Source: Candidatus Woesebacteria bacterium (GTDB lineage: Bacteria > Patescibacteriota > Microgenomatia > UBA8517). Taken from it: DNA of 64,000 bases. Shown here in pieces: positions 46,523 through 54,860 of the stretch. The stretch is taken from NCBI GenBank assembly GCA_013374855.1, contig CP055308.1, positions 661,310-725,309 on the forward strand, read 5' to 3'. The notes below the pieces were generated by a model. The model was not told the origin of the DNA. It was given only the letters and a program-made list of their open reading frames with translations, and ran no database searches. Position numbers and translations under genes: made by a program. Position 1 is the stretch's first letter, and every line of letters begins with the position of its first letter.

Positions 46523-47521
46523 ATGATTATAATTTCAAAACCCACAACTGAATCAAAATTTAAGCTGGTTATAGATAAAAATACCTTTTATCTTTACGAC
46601 CGTGACTTTGAGGAAAAATACGAGGGCTATATTTCTTCAATCAAAGAATTACTTTTAGTATTGCGAAATAAAGTCTCAACAGAAGGACTTAAAAAAGACT
46701 TTTTTGTTGAATTAATCCGCAATAAGAAAAACGGCTTACGAGCACTACTTGCATTGACTGGTATCTCAAATGAATATTTAAAACGCTTAATAACTCTAAT
46801 AAGAGTGATTGACGATGAGGAATTAAACAGGATTACATTGAAAGATAAATGGCAAATAGGAGCAGAAGAAATTGATGAGGGAGGAGTTAGTGAATGGAGC
46901 GACTCAAAGATTGCTAACCTAATAAAGAGCAATGAAAACTTTGCGAAAGGAATTATAAATATATTTTTTGAGGGCTCTACCGTTCCTGTGCTAACTCAAG
47001 CCCTGCCTTTATTTGAACTTAAAAAGCTAAGCGTTGAAAAGCTGGAATTTAAAATAGAATCTCTTGTTGATACTTTAATACGCTACAAAGAGAAAGGATC
47101 GTATGCTGGTAAAAAAGAAAATAACCCAGAGGTCCTTATTGAGAAAATTTTAGAGGAACTTGAAATACCATATACTTCTGGAGATCTACAAAAATTAGTT
47201 GGTGTGCTGGATGAAGAAAAACGAACAATGGATTTTATTATTCCCGATCAGGATAATCCATTATTGATTGTCGAGTCTTCTTATGTTGTAACCACTTCCT
47301 CTGGCCAAGGAGATAAAGCAAAAACAGAGATAAATGTTGCTAAACTCATCAAAAAGTATTATCCCAAAGCTCTATTTATTGGTTTTGTGGATGGTATCGG
47401 TTGGTATGTAAGAAAAAACGACCTTAAAAGAATGGTTGGAGCTTATGATGAAGTCTTTACTTTTCATAAAGAGGAACTTAATCGCTTTAAAGAGTTGTTA
47501 TCAACCGTATTCAACAAGTAG
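46523..47521 (+). CDS. DpnII-family type II restriction endonuclease
   Basis: R.MDFIIP..IVESSY..TTSSGQGDK, GFVDGIGW; alternative TTG start at 46502. Confidence 0.75.
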   Translation: MIIISKPTTESKFKLVIDKNTFYLYDRDFEEKYEGYISSIKELLLVLRNKVSTEGLKKDFFVELIRNKKNGLRALLALTGISNEYLKRLITLIRVIDDEELNRITLKDKWQIGAEEIDEGGVSEWSDSKIANLIKSNENFAKGIINIFFEGSTVPVLTQALPLFELKKLSVEKLEFKIESLVDTLIRYKEKGSYAGKKENNPEVLIEKILEELEIPYTSGDLQKLVGVLDEEKRTMDFIIPDQDNPLLIVESSYVVTTSSGQGDKAKTEINVAKLIKKYYPKALFIGFVDGIGWYVRKNDLKRMVGAYDEVFTFHKEELNRFKELLSTVFNK

Positions 47522-47523
47522 TT

Positions 47524-48444
47524 ATGGCTAAAGATATTAAAAAATTTGAGAACAAAATTATTCTAGGCGATTGTTTAGAAGTAATGAAAGATATCCCTGA
47601 CAATTCAGTGGATATGACTTTTGCTGACCCACCTTTTAACCTAAAGAAAAAATATAACCACTATGAGGACACAAAAGAAAAAGAGGAGTATTTAGAATGG
47701 TGCAATAAATGGATGAACGAGATGGTGAGAATTACAAAACCAAGCGGATCTATTTTTGTTCATAATATTCCCCGTTGGTTGTCGCATTTTGCCGAGTACC
47801 TAAACAAAATCGCCTATTTTAGGCATTGGATTACTTGGGATTCCGGTGGTGCACCAATGGGCAAGACGCTTTTACCGAATCACTATGGGATTTTATATTA
47901 CACAAAATCAAAATCATACAAGGATTTTAAGTTTTATGACATTAGATATCCACATCCACGCTGTCGTGTCTGTAAGGAGTTTTTGAAAGATTATGGGGGC
48001 AAAAAGGATCAAGCACATGGCTTCGGCCCTCTTCTCTCTGATGTATGGTCAGATATTCACAGAATCCGTCATAAAAAACGAAGAGACGAACATCCTTGTC
48101 AATTGCCTGTTCCATTGTTAGAAAGACTTATCTTGATGAGTACTGATGAAGGAGATATTGTGTTTGATCCATTTATTGGCACAGGCACAACTGCTGTTGC
48201 GGCTAAGCATCTGGGGAGAAAGTATATTGGGATAGATATTGACCCACAGTATATAAAAATCACAGAAAAAAATCTAAAACAAGCAAAAGAGACAAAAGTA
48301 AATGGCTGTTATGTATCTGTCTATCTTGGTGAAATTCGCACAATGAGAGACAAAGATTTTAAAGAGATATGGAAAAACAAAGAGGAAAATTTGAAACTAT
48401 TAGATAACAAAATGTACAAATTAAACAAAAGATTTGATTTGTGA
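47524..48444 (+). CDS. Beta-class amino DNA methyltransferase
   Basis: FADPPFN (motif IV) before HPCQLP and DPFIGTGTT (motif I). Confidence 0.9.
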   Translation: MAKDIKKFENKIILGDCLEVMKDIPDNSVDMTFADPPFNLKKKYNHYEDTKEKEEYLEWCNKWMNEMVRITKPSGSIFVHNIPRWLSHFAEYLNKIAYFRHWITWDSGGAPMGKTLLPNHYGILYYTKSKSYKDFKFYDIRYPHPRCRVCKEFLKDYGGKKDQAHGFGPLLSDVWSDIHRIRHKKRRDEHPCQLPVPLLERLILMSTDEGDIVFDPFIGTGTTAVAAKHLGRKYIGIDIDPQYIKITEKNLKQAKETKVNGCYVSVYLGEIRTMRDKDFKEIWKNKEENLKLLDNKMYKLNKRFDL

Positions 48445-48459
48445 AATTACAAGAATTCT

Positions 48460-50124
48460 ATGAGTAGGGTTTTATTAAGAAAGTTAACAATTAAAAATTT
48501 AGGACCGATCAAAGAAGATGAGGTTTTTTTCAATGAATTTACTTTTTTTGTCGGGAGAAACAACGCCGGAAAATCACATTATCTGAAGGCAATTGAACTA
48601 TTGCTGTCTACTGGAATAAGGAAGGAGCATATTCCAAAATGGCAACATGACAAAGATAAACCGATAGTTTTAAAGGGCGAATTTACTGGAGTTAGTGATT
48701 TTACTCATTTAGTAAAGGTTAGTAATCACAAAGAGGCGATAGAAAACGCTATTGATAATGGTGTTTTGAAGATTGCCTCTGTACTAACTCCGGAGGCGGG
48801 TGTTCAGATTGGTATTTATAAAGAAGATGGTACTTTACACAATCCAAGTGGTTTTACAGGAAATTTATTAAAAATTCTTCCAGATGTTATATCGATTCCA
48901 GCTACTGCAGATACTGTGCAAGAATTAGCTGATAAATCTACAACAGCATTGGGAAAATTAAAAAAAGAAGTAATGAGCTCTTTCTTTCAAGAATTAGCTG
49001 TTAAAACAAAATCTGTTTTAACAGATTTGGACAATTTCCTCCATAGCGAAGAAGAGGGAGTACGTTCTAAAGCAATTACAGAGTTTGAGGCTGGGTTAAA
49101 GGAAGAATTTATGGGTGAATTTAGTGATATTACACCATTTGTTGAATTTGGCTTACCAGACGAAACTGTTATTGCAAAAGAGATGAAGATCTTCCTTGAT
49201 GACGGACATAAAACAGAAGTGGAGCAGAAAGGGCATGGCCTACAGAGAGCAACATTATTAGCTTTTTTGAAGTTATTAGCTAAAAAAGGTAAAAGATATC
49301 AAGATCGTCCTGCACCAATGTTTATAATTGGAGAATTAGAATCTTTTCTTCATCCGTATGCTCAACGTGAGATGGCAAATGCTTTAATCCAAATGATGGA
49401 GCGTTATCAGATAGTAACAACTACACATTCACCTTTCATTGTTACACCAACAACTATTGAGGGCTATCGAAGAGTAAGAAAAACTAAAGATGAAGGAACC
49501 AAAAATATCGCTCTCAATCCATCCAGCGTTGATGTAAGTTTAATTAAACGACACCTTGAGCGTCGTGGAAATCTTGAAGGATTATTTGCTGACAGAGTTG
49601 TTTTAATTGAAGGTAGTCATGACGAGAATTTTTATGAAAAATTAAAAATCATTTTTAATATTCATCCTCCAAAAGGAAAATTTACTCTTTTCATTAAAGC
49701 CGATGGCAAAAAGCAATTAAGATTGGCGAGGAAATTCTATCAACAAATGTGTTTTGATGATATTGCTGTGATATGTGATTTAGATTATTTATTTAGTCGT
49801 GATATAGAATATCTGCTTGAAGAATTTGGATTGAATAAAGAATTACCCCAACAATTTCGTGAACACATTGATTGCCAAGACGATTGTGATCCAAAACTAG
49901 ATTATATAGCTCAAAAATTAGAAGAAAAAGGAACACCTGATGATTTTGATGATTTGATCCGGAATTTACAGGATAAACGATTTTTTGTGTTGCGACATGG
50001 CGCGCCGGAAATGTATTATAAACATAACAAAGGGGAAAAGAATGGTTGGAATAACATTAACTCAGAAGATGATTTATTAGAGTCTGATTATTTGAAAGAA
50101 CTGATGAAATCGGTTTTAATGTAA
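48460..50124 (+). CDS. OLD-family ATP-dependent endonuclease (ABC ATPase + TOPRIM)
   Basis: GRNNAGKS, KGHGLQR, GELESFLHP, TTHSP; TOPRIM LIEG..DE and DLD. Confidence 0.85.
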   Translation: MSRVLLRKLTIKNLGPIKEDEVFFNEFTFFVGRNNAGKSHYLKAIELLLSTGIRKEHIPKWQHDKDKPIVLKGEFTGVSDFTHLVKVSNHKEAIENAIDNGVLKIASVLTPEAGVQIGIYKEDGTLHNPSGFTGNLLKILPDVISIPATADTVQELADKSTTALGKLKKEVMSSFFQELAVKTKSVLTDLDNFLHSEEEGVRSKAITEFEAGLKEEFMGEFSDITPFVEFGLPDETVIAKEMKIFLDDGHKTEVEQKGHGLQRATLLAFLKLLAKKGKRYQDRPAPMFIIGELESFLHPYAQREMANALIQMMERYQIVTTTHSPFIVTPTTIEGYRRVRKTKDEGTKNIALNPSSVDVSLIKRHLERRGNLEGLFADRVVLIEGSHDENFYEKLKIIFNIHPPKGKFTLFIKADGKKQLRLARKFYQQMCFDDIAVICDLDYLFSRDIEYLLEEFGLNKELPQQFREHIDCQDDCDPKLDYIAQKLEEKGTPDDFDDLIRNLQDKRFFVLRHGAPEMYYKHNKGEKNGWNNINSEDDLLESDYLKELMKSVLM

Positions 50125-50154
50125 CTAACCCCACCCGCCACCCTTTTGATTAGT

Positions 50155-50380
50155 AGCTCGTCCTTGCGTCAGCAAGGAAGCAAAACCCGCAAAAATTGTT
50201 TCCTTAATTGAAAAAATTTTTTGCGCGCGCCTATTAAAAGAAAAAGAAATTTTTCGGGTTTTGCCTGCAGCCGTCAGGCAGTAGCGAGCCGCTGGGCGGG
50301 ATTGCCGCCCTGCGGGCGGCAATCAGTCAGCGTCAGGGTTTTGCTGGTAGAAGGTTCTAACTTTTTCCAGCAGACACCAC
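50155..50380 (+). repeat. Inverted repeat B, right copy (226 bp; partner 44690-44915), ending at attR
   Basis: Reverse complement of 44690-44915; no mismatch found by eye. Confidence 0.93.
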
Positions 50381-50449
50381 AAGTAAAATCCCCTACTCAA
50401 ACCACCCCCATAAAATATATAATTAATACCAGATAAACTACTAAGTCTA

Positions 50450-51286
50450 ATGCAAAAAATAAATACTTTAAATACCAAGAGTCAAACTGAAGCCGTTGGG
50501 CAGAATACTCAACCTTATTTTTTATCAAAAAATATAGTTATCTATAACGAGGACTTCCTTAAAATTAAAAAAATCCCAATATCTTCAGTAGATCTAATTG
50601 TAACTTCACCACCCTACAATGTTGATATCCATTATAATTCTCACAATGACAATTTATCATATAACAATTATTTAGAATTTACTACCAAATGGCTCAAAAA
50701 GTGTCTAGAAATAACAAAAAATGATGGAAGGCTTTGCCTAAACATTCCCCTTGATAAAAACAAAGGTGGGCAACAATCTGTCTACGCAGATGTAACCCAC
50801 ATCGCAAAAGAGGTGGGTTGGCGATATCATTCAACAATAATTTGGAACGAAGGAAACATTTCAAGAAGAACTGCTTGGGGATCTTTTAAGTCTGCATCAG
50901 CACCTTATGTTATTGCTCCAGTTGAAACAATTGTAATTCTCTATAAAAAATATTGGAAAAAAACAAGCGGAAGCAAAATTAGCGACATATCCAAAGAGGA
51001 ATTTATGGAGTGGACAAATGGAGTATGGACTTTTAGTGGAGAAAGTAAAAAACGCGTAGGGCACCCCGCACCTTTTCCAATAGAATTACCTAGAAGATGC
51101 ATAAAATTATTTAGTTTTGTAAATGATACTGTTTTAGATCCATTTGTAGGTAGTGGTACCACTCTTCTAGCAGCCAACTCTCTTAATAGGAAAGGAATAG
51201 GTGTTGATATAGATAAAGAATATTGCAATTTAGCCATTAAGAGATTGAGGAAAGAAGCAAAAATACACCAAGCAAGTTTATTATAA
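50450..51286 (+). CDS. Beta-class amino DNA methyltransferase
   Basis: VTSPPYN, RRTAWGS, HPAPFP.ELP, VLDPFVGSGTT. Confidence 0.92.
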   Translation: MQKINTLNTKSQTEAVGQNTQPYFLSKNIVIYNEDFLKIKKIPISSVDLIVTSPPYNVDIHYNSHNDNLSYNNYLEFTTKWLKKCLEITKNDGRLCLNIPLDKNKGGQQSVYADVTHIAKEVGWRYHSTIIWNEGNISRRTAWGSFKSASAPYVIAPVETIVILYKKYWKKTSGSKISDISKEEFMEWTNGVWTFSGESKKRVGHPAPFPIELPRRCIKLFSFVNDTVLDPFVGSGTTLLAANSLNRKGIGVDIDKEYCNLAIKRLRKEAKIHQASLL

Positions 51287-51287
51287 A

Positions 51288-51875
51288 ATGTCAAAGAACA
51301 AGAAAACAATCGGAGACTTGATAAAAGAATATTTCAAGAAGCATGCAAAGCAAGATATGCAGCATGGCCCTGTAGTTGATTGGGTTGAAGAACAATATCT
51401 AAGAATTTATGGTCGAAAACCAAGAGATATATGGCGTAGCATACGTAGCCTGCACGAGCAAGGTTTCCTTATAAAAGTTAAAAAAGGTGTCTACCGGTAT
51501 GATCCTGAAAAAATCAAAAGAAGAAAACTAAAAGACTTTACAACAAAACAAAAGGTGCAAATACTAGAACGTGATGGATACAAATGCGTGATATGTGGAA
51601 GAGGTAAAAAAGAGGGAGTCGAATTACATGTTGACCATATAAAACCTAGGTATCTTGGAGGTAAATCCACAATAGAAAACGGACAAACATTATGTGCCCA
51701 ACACAACTTTATCAAGAAAACTCTAAATCAAACTGAGACAGGAAAGAAAATGTTCATTAGGCTGTATGATTTAGCAAAGAAGGAAAAAAATGAAAAGATA
51801 CAAAAATTTTGTTCCGACATACTTGAAATCTACGAAAAGTATAGAATAAACGGACACATAAAATGGGAAAAGTAG
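51288..51875 (+). CDS. HNH endonuclease (probable cognate restriction enzyme)
   Basis: RDGYKCVICG, LHVDHIKP...GG...IENGQTLC.QHN; N-terminal wHTH-like part; abuts the MTase. Confidence 0.85.
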   Translation: MSKNKKTIGDLIKEYFKKHAKQDMQHGPVVDWVEEQYLRIYGRKPRDIWRSIRSLHEQGFLIKVKKGVYRYDPEKIKRRKLKDFTTKQKVQILERDGYKCVICGRGKKEGVELHVDHIKPRYLGGKSTIENGQTLCAQHNFIKKTLNQTETGKKMFIRLYDLAKKEKNEKIQKFCSDILEIYEKYRINGHIKWEK

Positions 51876-51888
51876 TATAATTCATTCT

Positions 51889-53628
51889 ATGAATAAAGAG
51901 GAAAAGTTAAATGCAATAAGGCACACCGCAGAACATATTCTAACCCAAGCAGTACTTAAACTCTTTCCCAAAGTAAAGATGGCAATGGGGCCTGCAATAG
52001 ATAATGGCTTCTATTTTGATTTTGATCCAAATGGAGAAGATATAAAAGAGGAAGACTTTCCCAAAATTGAAGCTGAAATGAAAAAGATAATAGACCGCAA
52101 TCTGCCACTTACAAAAGAAGAGATAACAATCAACAAAGCAAGAGCAATGTTTTCTGACAATCCTTACAAACAAGAATGGCTTGATGAAATCGAAAAAAGA
52201 AAAGAAAAACCAACTGTCTACTGGACAGGAAATGAATTTGTTGATCTTTGTGCTGGGCCTCATGTAAAGTCAACCGGAGAGGTTGGAGCTTTCAAATTGC
52301 TATCTGTAGCTGGAGCTTACTGGCACGGAAATGAAAAAAACAAAATGCTTACCCGCATTTACGGAACTGCATTCGAAACAAAAGAAGAACTAGAAAAATA
52401 TCTTAAAGCTCAAGAAGAAGCCAAAAAACGTGACCACAGAAAGATAGGCAAGGAGTTGGGACTCTTTATCTTACCAGAAGAAGTAGGAAGTGGACTGGTT
52501 TTACTTACTCCAAAAGGAGCAATAATTAGAAGAGAAATAGAAAATCTAATAATAGAAGAGCAGACCAAAAGAGGTTATTTGCATGTATACACCCCTCACA
52601 TAGGCAAAAAAAGCCTTTGGAAAACATCAGGACATTGGGATCTCTATAAAGACAAAATGTATTCTGCGATGAAAATAGATAAAGATGAATATTTAGTAAA
52701 ACCAATGAATTGTCCTTTCCATATGGCAATATATAAATCAGAAATTAGAAGCTATAAAGATATGCCAATTAAAATCGCAGAGATTGCAACTGTATATCGC
52801 TATGAGAAAGCAGGAGAGTTATCAGGACTTTTGCGCGTAAGACACATTACCCAAGATGACTCTCATATTTTCTGCCGAGAGGACCAAGTTGTAGAAGAAT
52901 TTGTAAAAGTCTTTGAATATACAGAGTACCTTTTATCTGTCTTTGGATTAAAAAATTATTACTTAAGACTTGGTTTGCGATCTCCAAAAGAAAAATATCT
53001 AGGAAATGATGCAATATGGAAAAAAGCAGAAAAAGAAATCATAAAAGCCATAGAAAAGAAAAAACTAAACTATGTAAAAAGCGAGGGCGATGCAGCGTTT
53101 TACGGGCCAAAACTTGACATTGTTATAAAAGATGCACTTGGTAGAGAGTGGCAATGTGGAACAATTCAGGTTGACTTTATGCTTCCACAAAGGTTTTCTC
53201 TTTCCTACATTAACAAAGAAGGAAAAGAAGAAACGCCTGTCTTAATCCACCGCGCGCCCCTTGGATCAATTGAAAGGTTTATGGCAATACTGATAGAACA
53301 TTATGCTGGAAACTTTCCATTATGGCTCTCGCCCGTACAAGTAAAAGTCTTATCCATCAATACCAGAAATGAAAAATATGCCGAGGAGATATTTAAGACA
53401 CTCCTAAATCACTCAATAAGATCAGAAATTGACAAAGAAAATCAAACTCTTTCCTACAAAGTAAGAAAGGCAGAAAATGAAAAGATACCGTATATTTTGA
53501 TTATCGGAGACAAAGAAGAAAAGGAAAAAACAATCTCTGTAAGATCAAGGAAAGACAAGAGTGTAAAAGAGGAAAAACTAGAAAACTTCATAAAGAAAAT
53601 AAAAGAAGAGATAGAAAATAAATCTTAA
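51889..53628 (+). CDS. thrS: Threonine--tRNA ligase (no N-terminal TGS domain)
   Basis: RHTAEH, DLCAGPH, RDHRKIG, KPMNCP, FYGPK.D, HRA.LGS.ERF. Confidence 0.97.
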   Translation: MNKEEKLNAIRHTAEHILTQAVLKLFPKVKMAMGPAIDNGFYFDFDPNGEDIKEEDFPKIEAEMKKIIDRNLPLTKEEITINKARAMFSDNPYKQEWLDEIEKRKEKPTVYWTGNEFVDLCAGPHVKSTGEVGAFKLLSVAGAYWHGNEKNKMLTRIYGTAFETKEELEKYLKAQEEAKKRDHRKIGKELGLFILPEEVGSGLVLLTPKGAIIRREIENLIIEEQTKRGYLHVYTPHIGKKSLWKTSGHWDLYKDKMYSAMKIDKDEYLVKPMNCPFHMAIYKSEIRSYKDMPIKIAEIATVYRYEKAGELSGLLRVRHITQDDSHIFCREDQVVEEFVKVFEYTEYLLSVFGLKNYYLRLGLRSPKEKYLGNDAIWKKAEKEIIKAIEKKKLNYVKSEGDAAFYGPKLDIVIKDALGREWQCGTIQVDFMLPQRFSLSYINKEGKEETPVLIHRAPLGSIERFMAILIEHYAGNFPLWLSPVQVKVLSINTRNEKYAEEIFKTLLNHSIRSEIDKENQTLSYKVRKAENEKIPYILIIGDKEEKEKTISVRSRKDKSVKEEKLENFIKKIKEEIENKS

Positions 53629-53693
53629 AACTTTAATACTTGATAAGAAATCTGTATTTTAGTAAAATGATATCGGTTTTAAAATAGGCAAAG

Positions 53694-54230
53694 TTGAAAG
53701 ACGTTCTATCCAACTGGAAAATTAATCAACAAATAAAAGCAGATTTAGTAAGAGTTCTTGATGCCGACAAAAAACTAGTCGGCATTATGAGCTTAAAAGA
53801 AGCATTAGAAGAAAGCGCAAAAAGAGAGCTAGATTTGATTGAAATCGCTCCCAAAGCAAATCCGCCAGTAGTGCGGATGATGGAGCTGGGGAAATTTAAA
53901 TATGAACTTGAAAAAAGATTAAGAAAAGAAAAAAGAGGTGCAAAGGGTGGTGAAACAAAAGAAATCAGATTTTCACCATTTATAGCAGAAGCAGATTTTC
54001 AAAACAGGCTAGAAAGAATTAAAGAGTTTTTGCAAGAGGGAAATAAGATAAGAATAGTAGTAAAATTCACAGGCAGACAAATGAACAGTAAAAATTTTGG
54101 CTACAAAATCATAAAAAGAGTACTTGATGAGATAGGAATGAATGTAAATATAGATATGGAACCAAAATTTCTTGGTAGACATTTGGTAAGTGTTATTTCG
54201 CCTTTAGCCAAGTCTAAAGCAAAAGAATAA
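53694..54230 (+). CDS. infC: Translation initiation factor IF-3 (non-AUG start)
   Basis: IN..I....VRV, LDL.EIAP.A.PPV.R, KEIRF; frame closed by TAG at 53685; TTG 53694 or ATT 53721 start. Confidence 0.93.
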   Translation: MKDVLSNWKINQQIKADLVRVLDADKKLVGIMSLKEALEESAKRELDLIEIAPKANPPVVRMMELGKFKYELEKRLRKEKRGAKGGETKEIRFSPFIAEADFQNRLERIKEFLQEGNKIRIVVKFTGRQMNSKNFGYKIIKRVLDEIGMNVNIDMEPKFLGRHLVSVISPLAKSKAKE

Positions 54231-54234
54231 AGCT

Positions 54235-54429
54235 ATGCCAAAAATAAAAACAAAAAACATAATCGCAAAAAGATTCAAAATTACCAAAAGAGGGAAAGTC
54301 CTACGAAAACAGGGTTTTGCTCGTCATTTAAATACAAAAAAATCATCAAAAAGAAAAAGATCCTTAAGGAAAATTGTTTCAACAAAAAAAACTTGGGCAA
54401 GGAAAATAAAAAAATCAACAGGTAAATAA
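54235..54429 (+). CDS. rpmI: 50S ribosomal protein L35
   Basis: [18 protein letters not shown]...KKS.KRKR.LR. Confidence 0.95.
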   Translation: MPKIKTKNIIAKRFKITKRGKVLRKQGFARHLNTKKSSKRKRSLRKIVSTKKTWARKIKKSTGK

Positions 54430-54430
54430 T

Positions 54431-54769
54431 ATGGCAAGAACCAAATCAATAGCATCTAGAAAACATAGAAAAATATTAAAAAAAGCTAAAGGCTACAAGC
54501 AAGCAAGAAGCAAGAGGGTTAAGGTTGCCAAAGAAGCTCTTCTTCATACAGGTCAGTACGCATACGTTGGCAGAAAAGAAAGAAAAAGAAATCTAAGACG
54601 GCTTTGGATAACTCGTCTCTCTTCCGCTGCCAAAAACGAAGGATTATCTTATTCCAAACTAATTAAAAAGTTAAAAGACAACAAAATCGAAATAGATAGA
54701 AAAATCCTAAGCAACATAGCATTTAAAGAGCCAGATCTTTTCAAAAAAATATTAAACAGCCTAAAATGA
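54431..54769 (+). CDS. rplT: 50S ribosomal protein L20
   Basis: MAR.K..RKHRKILK.AKGY, QYAY.GRK.RKR..RRLWI.R, IDRKILS. Confidence 0.96.
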   Translation: MARTKSIASRKHRKILKKAKGYKQARSKRVKVAKEALLHTGQYAYVGRKERKRNLRRLWITRLSSAAKNEGLSYSKLIKKLKDNKIEIDRKILSNIAFKEPDLFKKILNSLK

Positions 54770-54807
54770 AGCATTTTACCTCCGCCTTATATTACTTTAG
54801 AATATAA
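54766..54807 (+). CDS. Candidate pheST leader peptide MKHFTSALYYFRI
   Basis: ATG overlaps the rplT stop (ATGA); Phe codons 4 and 11; overlaps attenuator segment 1. Confidence 0.55.
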   Translation: MKHFTSALYYFRI

Positions 54808-54860
54808 TTCAAGGCGGAGTTTTCTGGTTTTAAAATCTCCGCCAAAACGGAGTATTTTTT
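54780..54860 (+). promoter_or_regulatory. Four-segment attenuator upstream of pheS
   Basis: 1 CTCCGCCTT (54780-88); 2 AAGGCGGAG (54811-19); 3 CTCCGCC (54837-43); 4 CGGAG (54848-52) + TATTTTTT; mutually exclusive 1:2, 2:3, 3:4 pairings. Confidence 0.65.

Larger units (their letters stand above)
42935..50380. mobile_element. tRNA-Ala-targeting serine-integrase island (~7.4 kb) with RM and OLD cargo
   Basis: attL GGGT-CCAC-CAAAGTTG (core 42935-42938) and attR CAGACA-CCAC-AAGTAA (core 50377-50380); the internal attP copy defines the crossover; GC-rich ends. Confidence 0.88.

Noticed and set aside
50126-50145. G-quadruplex on the minus strand (GGGTGGCGGGTGGGG)
   Set aside because: Only three full G3 tracts; no supporting context.
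44690-50380. Cargo as an IS or composite transposon with 226-bp terminal inverted repeats
   Set aside because: No transposase, no target-site duplication, and the repeat ends exactly at the att core.
44448-50436. Twin ORFs MRAPIKRKRNFSGF.. (44448-44849 minus, 50221-50436 plus) and similar GC-rich ORFs
   Set aside because: By-products of the GC-rich inverted repeats; no protein-like features.
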